Shown here piece by piece: positions 12,530 through 23,757 of a stretch of DNA of 64,000 bases. Source of the stretch: Octopus vulgaris. Lineage: Eukaryota. The position numbers and the translations under genes were made by a program. The notes under the pieces were generated by a model that saw nothing but the letters and a program-made list of their open reading frames with translations, was not told the DNA's origin and made no database searches. Every line of letters starts with the position of its first letter. The first letter of the stretch is position 1. The stretch lies in contig OX597817.1 of the NCBI GenBank assembly GCA_951406725.2, forward strand, positions 145,886,001-145,950,000. Direction: 5' to 3'.

Positions 12530-13200
12530 TATGCCTTGCTTCCCTAGGCATAGATACATTGAAGTTCCGATGTCTAGTAACTGACTTGGTAAATACCCAC
12601 AAAATTATTAACCATTGTGCCAACAACCACCTTGAGCTCCATGTGTCTAACACATGTGGGCATGCCTACAAAGTCAGAAAACTGCACAGCTCCCATGACT
12701 TTTGGAAACATTTTTCCACACTGAGAGTTGTTGAAGCATGGAACAAATTACCTGCATCCTTTAAAACCTCCATACTTCCTGAAATTCACCAACACTGCAC
12801 CTGATATTCCCTCCCTCCATACGCATGCACACATGTATTGGGTTGGTGCATAATTATTGCGGCTTTTTTTCAAATTTTATTCAACAAAAACAATAACAAC
12901 GTGTAAGAAAAGCATCTTTAAATGATTATTCCGGAGCATATTCACCATCTACTTCAGTTACTGCTTTCCATTTGCTTGGCAGATGGACAGACCGTTATTT
13001 AAAGCTGTTTTTGTTAAATATTGTTTTTGTTGAATAACATTTGTTGAAAGAAGCTGCAACAATTATGCACCGACCCAATATATCAGGACTCATACACTGT
13101 TCACTTTCCTGGCTTTTGTACATAATTTTATGCACTGTACATGCACCTTTAATGGATTGTTGTGCACCTGAGCACTATAAACAATAGTTTCGTTATTATA
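12530..13200 (+). mobile_element. Second copy of the CR1/L2 3' end, carrying a nested mariner element
   Basis: Colinear with 4017-4470 (HSSHDFWKHF..LRV.EAWN and the 3'UTR). Confidence 0.85.
12838..13078 (-). mobile_element. Non-autonomous mariner (Tc1/mariner) deletion derivative
   Basis: TIRs TTGGGTTGGTGCATAATT/AATTATGCACCGACCCAA with TA flanks. The minus strand encodes LPSKWKAVTEVDGEY, a mariner transposase C-terminus. Confidence 0.85.
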
Positions 13201-13363
13201 TATGTAAGTTGCTCTTTCAGATCCTGATAATTGATGTGTAAATACAAGGTTAAATAATTCAGTTCTAAGTTGCCTTGTGAAACTTAGATATTTAATACAT
13301 CTAATGCACAGTTATCTCTTTTAATATTTATGTATTTTCTTCTTTCTTTTATGTTATTTTCAG

Positions 13364-13520
13364 CTCCTTCTCACTGAGCTTAAATAAAACAGATATTTTC
13401 AAAGATGAGACACAAACTCTAAAAGATTATGAAATTGTCTCTGGAGATTTACTGCACATAATCTCTGACAGTTCCTTCGCAGAACCCAATCAAAAGAAAA
13501 CCAAACCTCTGGATCCACAG
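13364..13520 (+). CDS. FBXO7: FBXO7-like exon 2 (Ubl domain)
   Basis: ttttcag| acceptor. SFSLSLNKTDIFKDETQTLKDYEIVSGDLLHII matches FBXO7 FTITLN..ETLASYGIVSGDLI. Donor CAG|GTAAGG. Confidence 0.92.
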
Positions 13521-16008
13521 GTAAGGGAGAGTTATCTTCACAGAAATATTTATTACTTCAGAATTCCATTTTAGCTGATAACCATAACATTATTGTCATC
13601 ATCATTTAATATCCATTTTCCAGGCTGGCATGGGTTGGGCAGTTTGACAGAAACCAGCAAGTCAGAAGACTGCACTACTAAGCTCTGCTCTCTGCTTTGG
13701 TATGGTTTCTATGACTGGATGCCCTTCCTAACAGCACCATTTATCCTTTTTTTTTTAGTAATATATCTGGAGAGGAGAAACCATATTCTTTTTCTTTTTT
13801 AAGATATTGATGAATAAATGCACCAAACTTATATTCCTTGTAAATTTAGGGAAGCAACATGTTTATAAATTCTCAGTCTTTGATGTTATGGGCAACATTA
13901 TATGCATTTTAGGAAAGATATTTTTAAAATGTATATCAAATGTTAAAGGACTCTTGCATAAATTTAGTAAAATTCCTCTTTAGAATAGCTTCAGTTTTTG
14001 GTTTTTTTTTTCTAACTTAACTATATGTAGATTTCAAAAATGCAAAATTATGTTTAACAAGAAGTATTTGATATTTGAAATTACTATTAATCTCTATGGT
14101 AAAGACAAGCTTCGGTCATGAATGACCATGGGATTGCACCTAGAAAGTTACCCTCCGAGGCACAAGTCTAGGCAAGGTTCATTATGGAAAACCAGCACTC
14201 ACCTATGCATGTCAGCTTCCCCTCTTCACATCACTGATGTTATCCAAGGGAAAGGAAAAGGCTGATACAGCTTGGCACCAGTGATGTCACAACTCATTTC
14301 TACAACTGAGTGAACTGGAGTAACGTGAAATAAAGTGTCTTGCTCAAGAACACAAAACACAGTCTGGTCCAGGAATCAAACTCACTACCTCATGATTGTG
14401 AGCCTGATGCTCAAACCACTGAGCCATGTGGTTAAGAAGTCTGCTTTCTAACCTGGTTTTTGGTTTCAGCCCCACTGCACGGCACCTTGGGCAAATGTCT
14501 TCTACTATAGCCCTGGACAGAAACTGAAAGAAGCTTGTTGTGTTTGTGTGTGTTGTAGCATGGAAAGCGGATGTTAAACAATGATGATTATCCAACAAAT
14601 GTGGTGTTGAGCATTTACTGTCGTTGTTCAATGCTAGTGTGGGAATGTATGTATGCCTCTTCTATTTTTTAATTATAAATCTTCCACTGAGGAGGGAGCT
14701 GGTTTCCAACAAAGATACAAGGCTCCATCTTTGTGTATATATGAAAGTGTGTGTGTGTGTATATATATATCATCATCATCGTTTAACATCCGTTTTCCAT
14801 GCTAGCACGGGTTGGACGGTTTGACCGGGGTCTGGGAAGCCAGGAGGCTGCACCAGGCTCCAGTCTGATCAGGCAGTGTTTCTACAGCTGGATGCCCTTC
14901 CTAACGACAACCACTCCGTGATTGTAGTGGGTGCTTTTTACGTGTCACTGGCACGGAAGCTAGTCAAGGCGGTGCTGGCATCGACCATGTACAGATGGTG
15001 CTTTTTACGTGCCATCGGCACAACTGCCAGGGTAGGCTGGAAACGGCCATGATTGGATGGTGCTTTTTATATATATAAATATATATATATGTTCTTTTAT
15101 TTGCTTCAGTCATTTAACTGCAACCATGCTGGAGTTACTGCCTTGAAGGGTTTTGGTTGAACAAATTGACCTTGGGACTTATTTTTTAAGCCTAATGCTT
15201 ATTCTATTGGTCTCTTTTGCCAAACAGTTAAGTTACAGGAACATAAGCACATCAAGACTAGTTGTCAAGCAGTGACTGGGGGGGGGGGGGGGCAGACACA
15301 AATACACACATACACATACAACAGGCTTCCTTCAGCTTCTGTCTACCAAATCCATTCACAAGGTTTTGGTTGGCCCAAGGCTATAATAGAAAACACTTGC
15401 TTAAGTTGTCACGCAGTGGGATTGAACCCAGAACCATGTGGTTGGGAAGCAGGATTCTTACCACACAGCCAAAATTATATGTTCCAAATTTTGGCAGAAA
15501 GCCAGCATTTGGCGTGAAGGGACTAGTTGATTACATTATTTTATTGCCCCCACTCTCCGTCCCCAAAAGGATGAAAGGCAAAGTTGACCGTGGCAGAATT
15601 TGAATTCAGAATGTAAAAACAGACGAAATGCTACCAAGCATTTTACCTGGTGTGCTAAAGATTCAGCCATCACACTGTTCTGTGTGTGTGTGAGAGAGAG
15701 AGTGTGCCTTCTTGTCTTAACATTGCATAATTGTTGTAAATAATAAATGTCATTTATTTCTAGTATTCTACAATAACATGTCTGGCCTTGGGAATTATTG
15801 CCTTGCTTGGAAAAAGATACAATTTGGTGACAGGAAGGGCATCTGGCTGTAGAAACTGTACCTCAAAAAATTCTATCCAGTTTATGTAAATATGGATAAG
15901 TGGATATTAAAACGATGATGATGATCTCTTATCAAGTGTATTACAATTTATTGATGTTTTGTTTGATTATGGAAATAAGAAATATATTTTAAAAAATTTT
16001 ATTTGAAG

Positions 16009-16272
16009 ATGAATGCAAGTAACACCATAAAGGACAGTACATCCTCAAAAGATCCTGAAAATACCAGTATTTCAACAGTGGAGATTGAACCAGAAGCTGC
16101 TACATCTCAGTCAACATGTGGTTTTGATACTTCCTATTCACCGCAATACATTAGTGGAGACAAAATATCACTTCAGATGCTCCTGTCAGAAACCCCTCCT
16201 AAAAATCTACATCAGTCTCTAATTGTTGCTCTCCACTATTTAATGCTTGACTCTGGATTTTATTTATGTGAT
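16009..16272 (+). CDS. FBXO7: FBXO7-like exon 3 (linker and start of FP domain)
   Basis: Open frame ending LIVALHYLMLDSGF, the FP/PI31-domain motif. Phase 0-0, donor GAT|GTAAGT. The acceptor (ttgaag) is weak. Confidence 0.85.
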
Positions 16273-17810
16273 GTAAGTTTACAAGGAAACGCTTTCTTTT
16301 GCTTGTTTTTTATTCCTTAATTCTAATAAGCTATTATGGCACCACGTATACCATATATTTCTGTGCCGTTGACTGAGCGGCTAACCGGCTTCCGTGCCAG
16401 TGGCACTTAAAAGGCACCATTCAAGCGTGATTGTTACCAGCATCACCTTACTGGCACTTGAGCCCCATGCTAGTAGGGTGCTAATCCACCATCCGAGTGT
16501 GATCGTTGCCAGAGCGTCTAACTGGCCTCCGTGCCAGTGACACGTAAAAGGCACCATTCGAACATGATTGTTACCAGTGTCGCCTTACTGGCACCTATGC
16601 CGGTGGCATGTGTAAAAAGATTTGAGCGAGGTCGTTGCCAGTACTGCCTGACTGGCTCCGTGCCAGTGGCACGTAAAAGCACCCACTACACTCTCGGAGT
16701 GGTTGGCGTTAGGAAGGGCATCCAACTGTAGAAACTCTGCCAGATCAGATTGTAGTCTGGTGCAGCCATCTGGTTCGCCAGACCTCAGTCAAATCGTCCA
16801 ACCCATACTAGCATGGAAAGCGGACATCAACTGAAAATACAATAACATAGCCCCTATCAGAATAGCAATTGTTCATTATCTGTTTCAGCTAATCTATTTC
16901 TGTTTTTTGTTGTCCATCCATCCATCTATCACCACTGACTTCATAATTTGTGTTAGTTTGTAAATTATCCTTATTGCTTTATTTTCAAAGTATTAAAATT
17001 TTAAGTATGTTTGTCTGTTGTGTGTTGCACAGTTTTTAGCAAAGTTAGTACATTGTGCCATTAAAATTTTCTGACTAATGTACTTAGGTAACATGCCCTT
17101 TGCCTAAAATAACTTCCCCTTAATTTCTGACCCTTGGAACCAAAGAATGTGGATTATTGTATTGACATGTTTGTTCCTTCTTGAGCTGTGCCTGGCTCAT
17201 AAGGACCGGTTTCCTTGGCGTATAGGTTCCCCACCTGGATGGGATGCTGGTCCGTCGCAGGTGAGCTGCAAGATGCAGGAGGAAAGAGTGAGAGAAAGTT
17301 GTGGTGAAAGAGTCAGCAGAAGTTCGCCATTACCTTCTGCTGGAGCTGCATGGAACACACACATCGCCGGGTCTGAGATTCGAACTTGCAATCCCTCGAC
17401 CGCAAGTCTGCTGCTCTAACCACTGGGCCATGTGCCTCCACTTTGTATTGACATAGAAAAGTAATTTTCAGTCATTTTGATTGAAATAATAAATTCATGT
17501 GAAATTGCAAAGATTCTTACTTTACAAATTGGCCCTCAGCTGCTTTGCTTATTTCCTGGGTGATACTGAGTTTACCATATAATTGCAAACTTGCCATCAA
17601 AATACAACAGTGATTTTTTATTATATTCTTTCATAAATTCCTCTTTTAGTGATACACTTTTGACTCCCCTTCCTTATCTTCTTCTTGTAATTAAACATTT
17701 GATCTCCAATTCTATTTTTCTTCCATTTTTGAAGGAGAAACATCAATGTTAAAATGAATACATAAAATGAAACTAATTCTGTTTAAAGTGCTGTTTAAAA
17801 ATATATAATA

Positions 17811-18204
17811 CTAGCAGTAACGCCCGGCGTTGCTCGGGTTTGTTTCGACCCTTTAGAATTGGAATTTTTGAAAAGTAAAAATTTTGCTTTATGTAGCTTG
17901 TTATTGAACATTAAATGAACATTTTTCTGGTTGAAATACACCGAAAAATGTTGACACAGCAGTCAAAAAATCGTAAAAAATAGGGATTTTCATACAAAAA
18001 AAGCACCTTTTTGATGTAAATAATTTTTGGTGTTAACATGGTCTGATTTGAATTTTTTCTTCTACGGAAGGAAGAGCAAGCCTTCTTCTATCATACTCTC
18101 AATTTTGGTCAACTTGTGCCGCAGGGTCTCGGAAGAGATAGTGTTAGTTGAAGGCTCCAAACCTGCCATACACAGACAGCTTCAGCTTTATATATATTGA
18201 GAGA
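17811..18204 (-). mobile_element. Non-autonomous Helitron
   Basis: The minus strand starts A|TC, ends with hairpin CCCGAGCAACGCCGGG then CTAG|T, and has no TSD. Confidence 0.8.
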
Positions 18205-18308
18205 TTTGCTTCAATTTTGCTGTTAAAAATTTACCTCCAGACACAAAGAGAACTCCTTTGACATTTTGTATAATTAAAATTATTTTCTCATTTTATTCTC
18301 TTTTTCAG

Positions 18309-18492
18309 GGTTCTGAAGTCCCAGATGTTAATACATATGCAGCATGTTGTGATGTCAAAAACCAGTTGAGCAAGTTTGCCGATATTCTGAAAGCTACTGA
18401 ATTTTACAAATTGTATTACTTCCACCCTTTCTGTAAAGGAGCGATGTGTTTAATGATCTGTGTTCCAATGGGGTCTAAGCTTGTTATCAATG
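18309..18492 (+). CDS. FBXO7: FBXO7-like exon 4 (FP domain)
   Basis: ttttcag|GSEVPD...FYKLYYFHPFCKGAMCLMICVPMGSKLVIN matches FBXO7 YKLQYMHPLC...CVPLGNLIVVN. Donor G|GTAATC. Confidence 0.92.
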
Positions 18493-18856
18493 GTAATCTT
18501 TTATATTTTGTATAAGCTTACTTGTAGCATTATTACCTGTTTCATTTTCGTGTTTGGTTTACAAGATTCTTGATGTGAACTTGTGTGTTAAAACATTTTG
18601 TTGAATCTTGGGAAGACCATTACACCAATAATAAATGCATGCACAGGTTGTATTTCACTTCTTTATTTTCCATTTATCATTATCCATTACTTCCTCCAGC
18701 TCGGCAGAATGAGTTAAACTCCACACTTTAAGCTAATGAAATATTTGTCACTGATGTTGTTTAGCCCCAGGTCTACCTTGACCAAACAGTCTTTTGATCA
18801 GAAGCAATCCAGCAATGATTACCATGGCCTGCCCTTGTGTATTGTGTATCTGTTGA

Positions 18857-19190
18857 GACCTCCTTCGGTCATGACTGATCATGGGATTGTACCTAGAAAG
18901 TTACCCTCCGAGGCACAAATCCGGACAAGGTTGTTTATGGAAGACCAGCAGTCACCCATGCATACCAGCTTCCCCTCTCCACGCCACCAGTGTTATCCAA
19001 GGGAAAGGCAAAGGGGTCGATACAGCTTGGCACCAGTGATGTCGCAACTCATTTCTGCAGCTGAGTGAACTGGAGCAACATGAAATAAAGTGTCTTGCTC
19101 AAGAACATAACACGCATCCTGGTCCGGGATTCGAACTCACAACCTCGCAATCGTAAGCTCGATGCTCTAACCACTGAGCCATGTGCCTTC
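18857..19190 (-). mobile_element. tRNA-derived SINE family D (second copy at about 14110-14430)
   Basis: Minus-strand head GGCACATGGCTCAGTGGTTAGAGC...GAGTTCGAATCCC; two colinear copies. Confidence 0.8.
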
Positions 19191-20555
19191 ATTGTGTATC
19201 TAGGACTACATTATTAAATGTCTCCTCCTTTTCAAGGTAGCAGGTTGAAATTTAAGGGAAATTTGGTTGCTATTTCTAGCAGTCAAACAACCACTAAATG
19301 ATCTCTCGTTGGTCTCATTGGTACCACACTGCTGCTGTTGTCTACTAAGTAAATCATGCCACCAACCAGTGGTGCCTTTTGTAGAACTCTGTGAAGTTAG
19401 CTATTGAGAGCTGATTTTAGAATATTGTCCACAAACATACAAATCTAGTAACAGTGTACAGATTTCTAACTCGTTACTTCTCCACTACACAACCAACTCA
19501 ATAATCTCTATTCTCCAATATAACATAGATAAGAATAAATATTATATCATCATCATTTAACATCTGCTTTCCATGCTAGCATGGGTTAGAGGACCTGCAA
19601 ACCAGGAGGTTGCACCAGGCTCCAGTCTGATCTGGCAAGGTTTCTACAGCTGGATGCCCTTCCTAGCACCAACCACTCCGTGAGTGTAATGGGTGCTTTT
19701 TAGTGTCACTGGTACAGGAGCTAGTCAGGCAACCCTGGCATCAATCACACACATGTATATATATATATATATATACATACAATGGGCTTCTTTCAGTTTC
19801 TATCTGCTAAATTCACTCACAAGCTTTGGTTGGTCTGAACTAGAATAGAGGACACTTGCTCATGGTGCCATGTGGTTGGGAAGCAGGCTTCTTACTACAC
19901 AGCCACACCTGCACCTGATAATGTTTGAAAATTAAGGTATTTGTATGAATTTCATCAAAGCCATTATTTTTCCAATTAGTTGACTGAAATGACATAAATA
20001 TGTACTTCAAATAAGTACCACCATCTTAGTTCCATCACCCATTCACAGTTTAATGTGTATAATGTGAAACATGAATAATATTGATTTTTAAGGCGGCCAG
20101 CTGGCAGAAACGTTAGCACGCCGGGTGAAATGCTTAGCAGTATTTCGTCTGCCATTATGTTCTGAGTTCAAATTCTGCTGAGGTCGACTTTGCCTTTCAT
20201 CCTTTCGGGTCGATTAAATAAGTACCAGTTACGCACTGGGGTCAATGTAATCGACTTAATCCGTTTGTCTGTCCTTGTTTGTCCCTCTGTGAGTAGCCCC
20301 TTGTGGGTAGTAAAGAAATAGGTATTTTGTCTGCCCCTACATTCTGAGTTCAAATTCCGCTGCTGTTGACATTGCCTTTGATCCTTTTGGGGTCAATTAA
20401 ATAAGTACCAGTTACGCACTAGTGTCGATGTAATCGACTTTCTCTCTTTGTCTGTCCTTGTTTGTCCCCTCTATGTTTAATCCCCTGTGGGCAATAAAGA
20501 AATAAATATTGATTTCTGATTTGGGCACAAGATCAATAATTGAGAAAAAGGGATT

Positions 20556-20733
20556 TACCATATTTGGTGGCATGAAAGATGCACAGATTTATTAGATGCA
20601 CTGAAATTTGTCAGCAGTGCATATTGAAGAAAAATGCTTTTAGTGCCCTAAAGCATGTAATATAGGGCCCAGGGTGATCCTTCAGAAACATCTTTTTGAG
20701 AAAAAAAGTACATTTATACCATCAAATATGGTA
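20556..20733. mobile_element. Tc1/pogo-type MITE
   Basis: TA-CCATATTTGGTGG ... CCATCAAATATGG-TA. Confidence 0.65.
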
Positions 20734-21362
20734 GTTGATTATTTGAACTTCAGTACTTGAGTCGTACTTTAATTAATTGACTCCATAATAGTGAAAGATG
20801 AAATTTACCTGAGCAAGATTCTAACCCAGATTCTAAATAGATATAATTAAACACCATCTGCTTTTTTGTCTCATTCTACCTGTTTCACAAATCCAAAATA
20901 CATTCGAGCGAGGTCATTGCCAGTGCCACTGGACTGGCTCCTGTGCTGCTGGCACATAAAAAAACACCATTTGAGTGTGGCCGTTGCCAGTAATGCCTGA
21001 CTGGCCCTCGTGCCGGTGGCATGTAAAAGCACCTACTACACTCTCGGAGTGGTTGGCGTTAGGAAGGGCATCCAGCTGTAGAAATTCTGCCAGATCAGAT
21101 CGGAGCCTGGTGTAGCCCTCTGGTTCGCCAGTCCTCAGTCAAATTGTCCAACCCATGCTAGCATGGAAAGTGGACGTTAAACGATGAACCAATTGAAACT
21201 TCCTGAAGTTGGTTCACCTACTTAAGTAATTACAATCATATCAGATTCACTTTAAGTTTGCATAAAACTATCATTTTTCTCTTTAGTCAGGGAAGTTTTG
21301 CATAACTTTTTAAGACCAGAACAAATTAATACTGATTTAATATGATTTTCTTCTGCTGTTAG

Positions 21363-21452
21363 GTAAAGTTGTGACACCTAAAGTGGAAAACAGCAGTTTA
21401 CCAAAAGCTATTTTGTGCCCTAAGGAATATGTCAATGAAGAGAACAACTCAG
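21363..21452 (+). CDS. FBXO7: FBXO7-like exon 5
   Basis: tag|GT...KVVTPKVENSSLPKAILCPKEYVNEENNS G|GTTTGT. Phase 1-1 fits both neighbours. Confidence 0.8.
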
Positions 21453-22029
21453 GTTTGTGTTTTTTAATGCTTTTGATGCCAACCCATCTGAGACCACCCT
21501 CGTTCAGATACAAACTTCCTGTTTTAAAGTGATCTAAATTAAAACTTTTCATTAAAATTTAATGTTAATTTATATTTTAAATACTTGGTTAATAACGACA
21601 GAATTATTTTACTAAATTACTCATTTTCAAAAGGTGGTTTTATAATGAAATCGGTATTCAAAATTATACACCCTGGTATTTCTAATCCCTGTGTTTTTAA
21701 AGTGTCTTAATATATGCAGAGGTTGGCATAAAACAAAGCTGTTTGTTAGGTTTCTGTTGGTTAAAACCTATTTGTAACCAAGGCAAAAAAAATCATCATC
21801 ATCATACGTCTGTTCTCCGTGTTGGACAGTTTGACAGGATCTGGCAAGCACAGAGCTGAATCAAGCTCCTATGTCAGCTTTGATTGCTTTCTATGGCTGA
21901 ATGCCCTTCCTAATGCCAAACACTTGACTGAATGTATTGAATGCTTTTTCTGAACCACTAGCACTAGTGTGGCTGCTAGGAAGAGAACAAGAAAAGGAAA
22001 AAAAGCCCCTTTGCCTAAGTATTTGTGTG

Positions 22030-22430
22030 TCATCATCATCATACAGTGTTTTAAATTTGGCTTTTGTCCCTGTTAACAGGGGTGGCCAGATCTACCTCAG
22101 TGCCATAGCAACCACTCTCACACCCTCTCGCCATCTTGCCCAGTTTTGGGCGTCCTCCTTTTTCAAGCCAAACCTCCCAATCTCTTCCTCCACCTGTCTC
22201 CTCCACATTTTCCTCAGTCTATTTTCCTTTCGCTTTCCATTTACCTCAAATACAATTACCCTCCTCAGAACATGCTCTTCATCCCACCTCATTCCATTCA
22301 CCCACCAACCGTTCCACCGGTTCCTCTAACCCCAGTATCCCCATCAAATCGTCAATCCTCCTCTTATCAAACAGCTTCACTCCACACATTTCTCTCGCCA
22401 TTGCTCTCTCAGTCCTCAAAATTGCCATCA
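22030..22430 (-). mobile_element. RTE-clade LINE 3' fragment
   Basis: HVLRRVIVFEVNGKRK..R.RKMW...GLKKEDAQNWARWR followed by a (GAT)n tail. Confidence 0.75.
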
Positions 22431-22820
22431 GTGTGTGTGTGTGGGGGGGTTAGTATTTGGGGGGAGTAGCTTTAGGCTAGGTGTTGAATGGCTAAAGTAT
22501 GATAGAGGAACAAGTGTAGATATCTTGCTATAAAGGAGATAGATGGCTGCCCCACATTATATAAAGGGGAGTGGGAGCAGTTGGGAAGAAAATAAGATGT
22601 TTAAAAGACAAAACAAAAGTCTTCTCTCTTCCTCTCAAAACTTTTGGTTTAAGTACTATCAGTTTTTAAAATGGTGTTATTTTGACTTTCAGTTTTATCA
22701 TGTTTATGATGTAAATTTCTAATGATATCTTAACCATCCAAATTAAGCAATTTTAACCATGAAATATAAAAGTTTTAGCATGAAGTATTCTCAAAAAAAT
22801 CATTTGTTTTTGTCTTTCAG

Positions 22821-22913
22821 AGTCTTTTACAACTTCCTACCAAAAGCTGCCTAAGCTGACTCGCATTTTCAAAGATACTTTTGTCTTATGTATGTTGGGA
22901 GAACTAAAACATG
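22821..22913 (+). CDS. FBXO7: FBXO7-like exon 6
   Basis: YQKLPKLTRIFKDTFV matches FBXO7 YKDLQKLSRLFKDQLV. AG/GT boundaries, phase 1-1. Confidence 0.92.
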
Positions 22914-23107
22914 GTTAGTACTTTGACGCTTTTTATAAATTTGTTTGAAAAATACGATTTAAAGACAGTTTCTTTAAAATTGTGTTTGATCAGCTGTGCT
23001 CAGACACACAATATAGTGGTTGATTATCAAATACAACCTTTAGATTGAAACCCCAGACACAGGAACACAGCAGAAACAGAATCAATGTGGTAGTTTGTTA
23101 ATGCTTA

Positions 23108-23757
23108 AGGGCGGCAAGCTGGCAGAAACATTAATACGCTGGGCGAAATGCTTAGCGTTATTTCGTCTGCCATTACGTTCTGAGTTCAAATTCCACCGAG
23201 GTCGACTTTGCCTTTCATCCTTTTGGGGGGTCGATTAAATAAGTACCAGTTACGCACTGGGGTTGATATAATCGACTTAATCCCTTTGTCTGACCTTGTT
23301 TGTCCCCTCTATGCTTAGCCCCTTGTGGGTAATAAAGAAATAGGTATTTCATGAAGGAGAGCTGGCAGAAACGTTAGCATGTTGGGTGAAATGCTTACCG
23401 GTATTTCGTCTGCCGCTACATTCTGAGTTCAAATTCCGCTGAAGTCGATTTTGCCTTTCATTCTTTCAGGGTCGATTAAATAAGTACCAGTTACGCACTG
23501 GGGTCGATATGATTGACTTAATCCGTTTGTCTGTCCCCTTTGTGTGTAGCCCCTTGTGGGCAGTAAAGAAATAGGTATGCCGACTGTCGTTACGTTCTGA
23601 GTTCAAATTCCGCCGAGGTCGACTTTGCCTTTCATCCTTTCGGGGTCGATAAATTAAGTACCAGTTACTCACTGGGGTCGATGTAATTGACTTAATCCCC
23701 TTGTCTGTCCTTGTTTGTCCCATCTACGTTTAGCCCCTTGTGGGCAATAAAGAAATG
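23108..23757 (+). mobile_element. Tandem multimer of SINE family A
   Basis: Three consecutive units, each containing TGAGTTCAAATTCC and ending AAAGAAAT. Confidence 0.85.
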
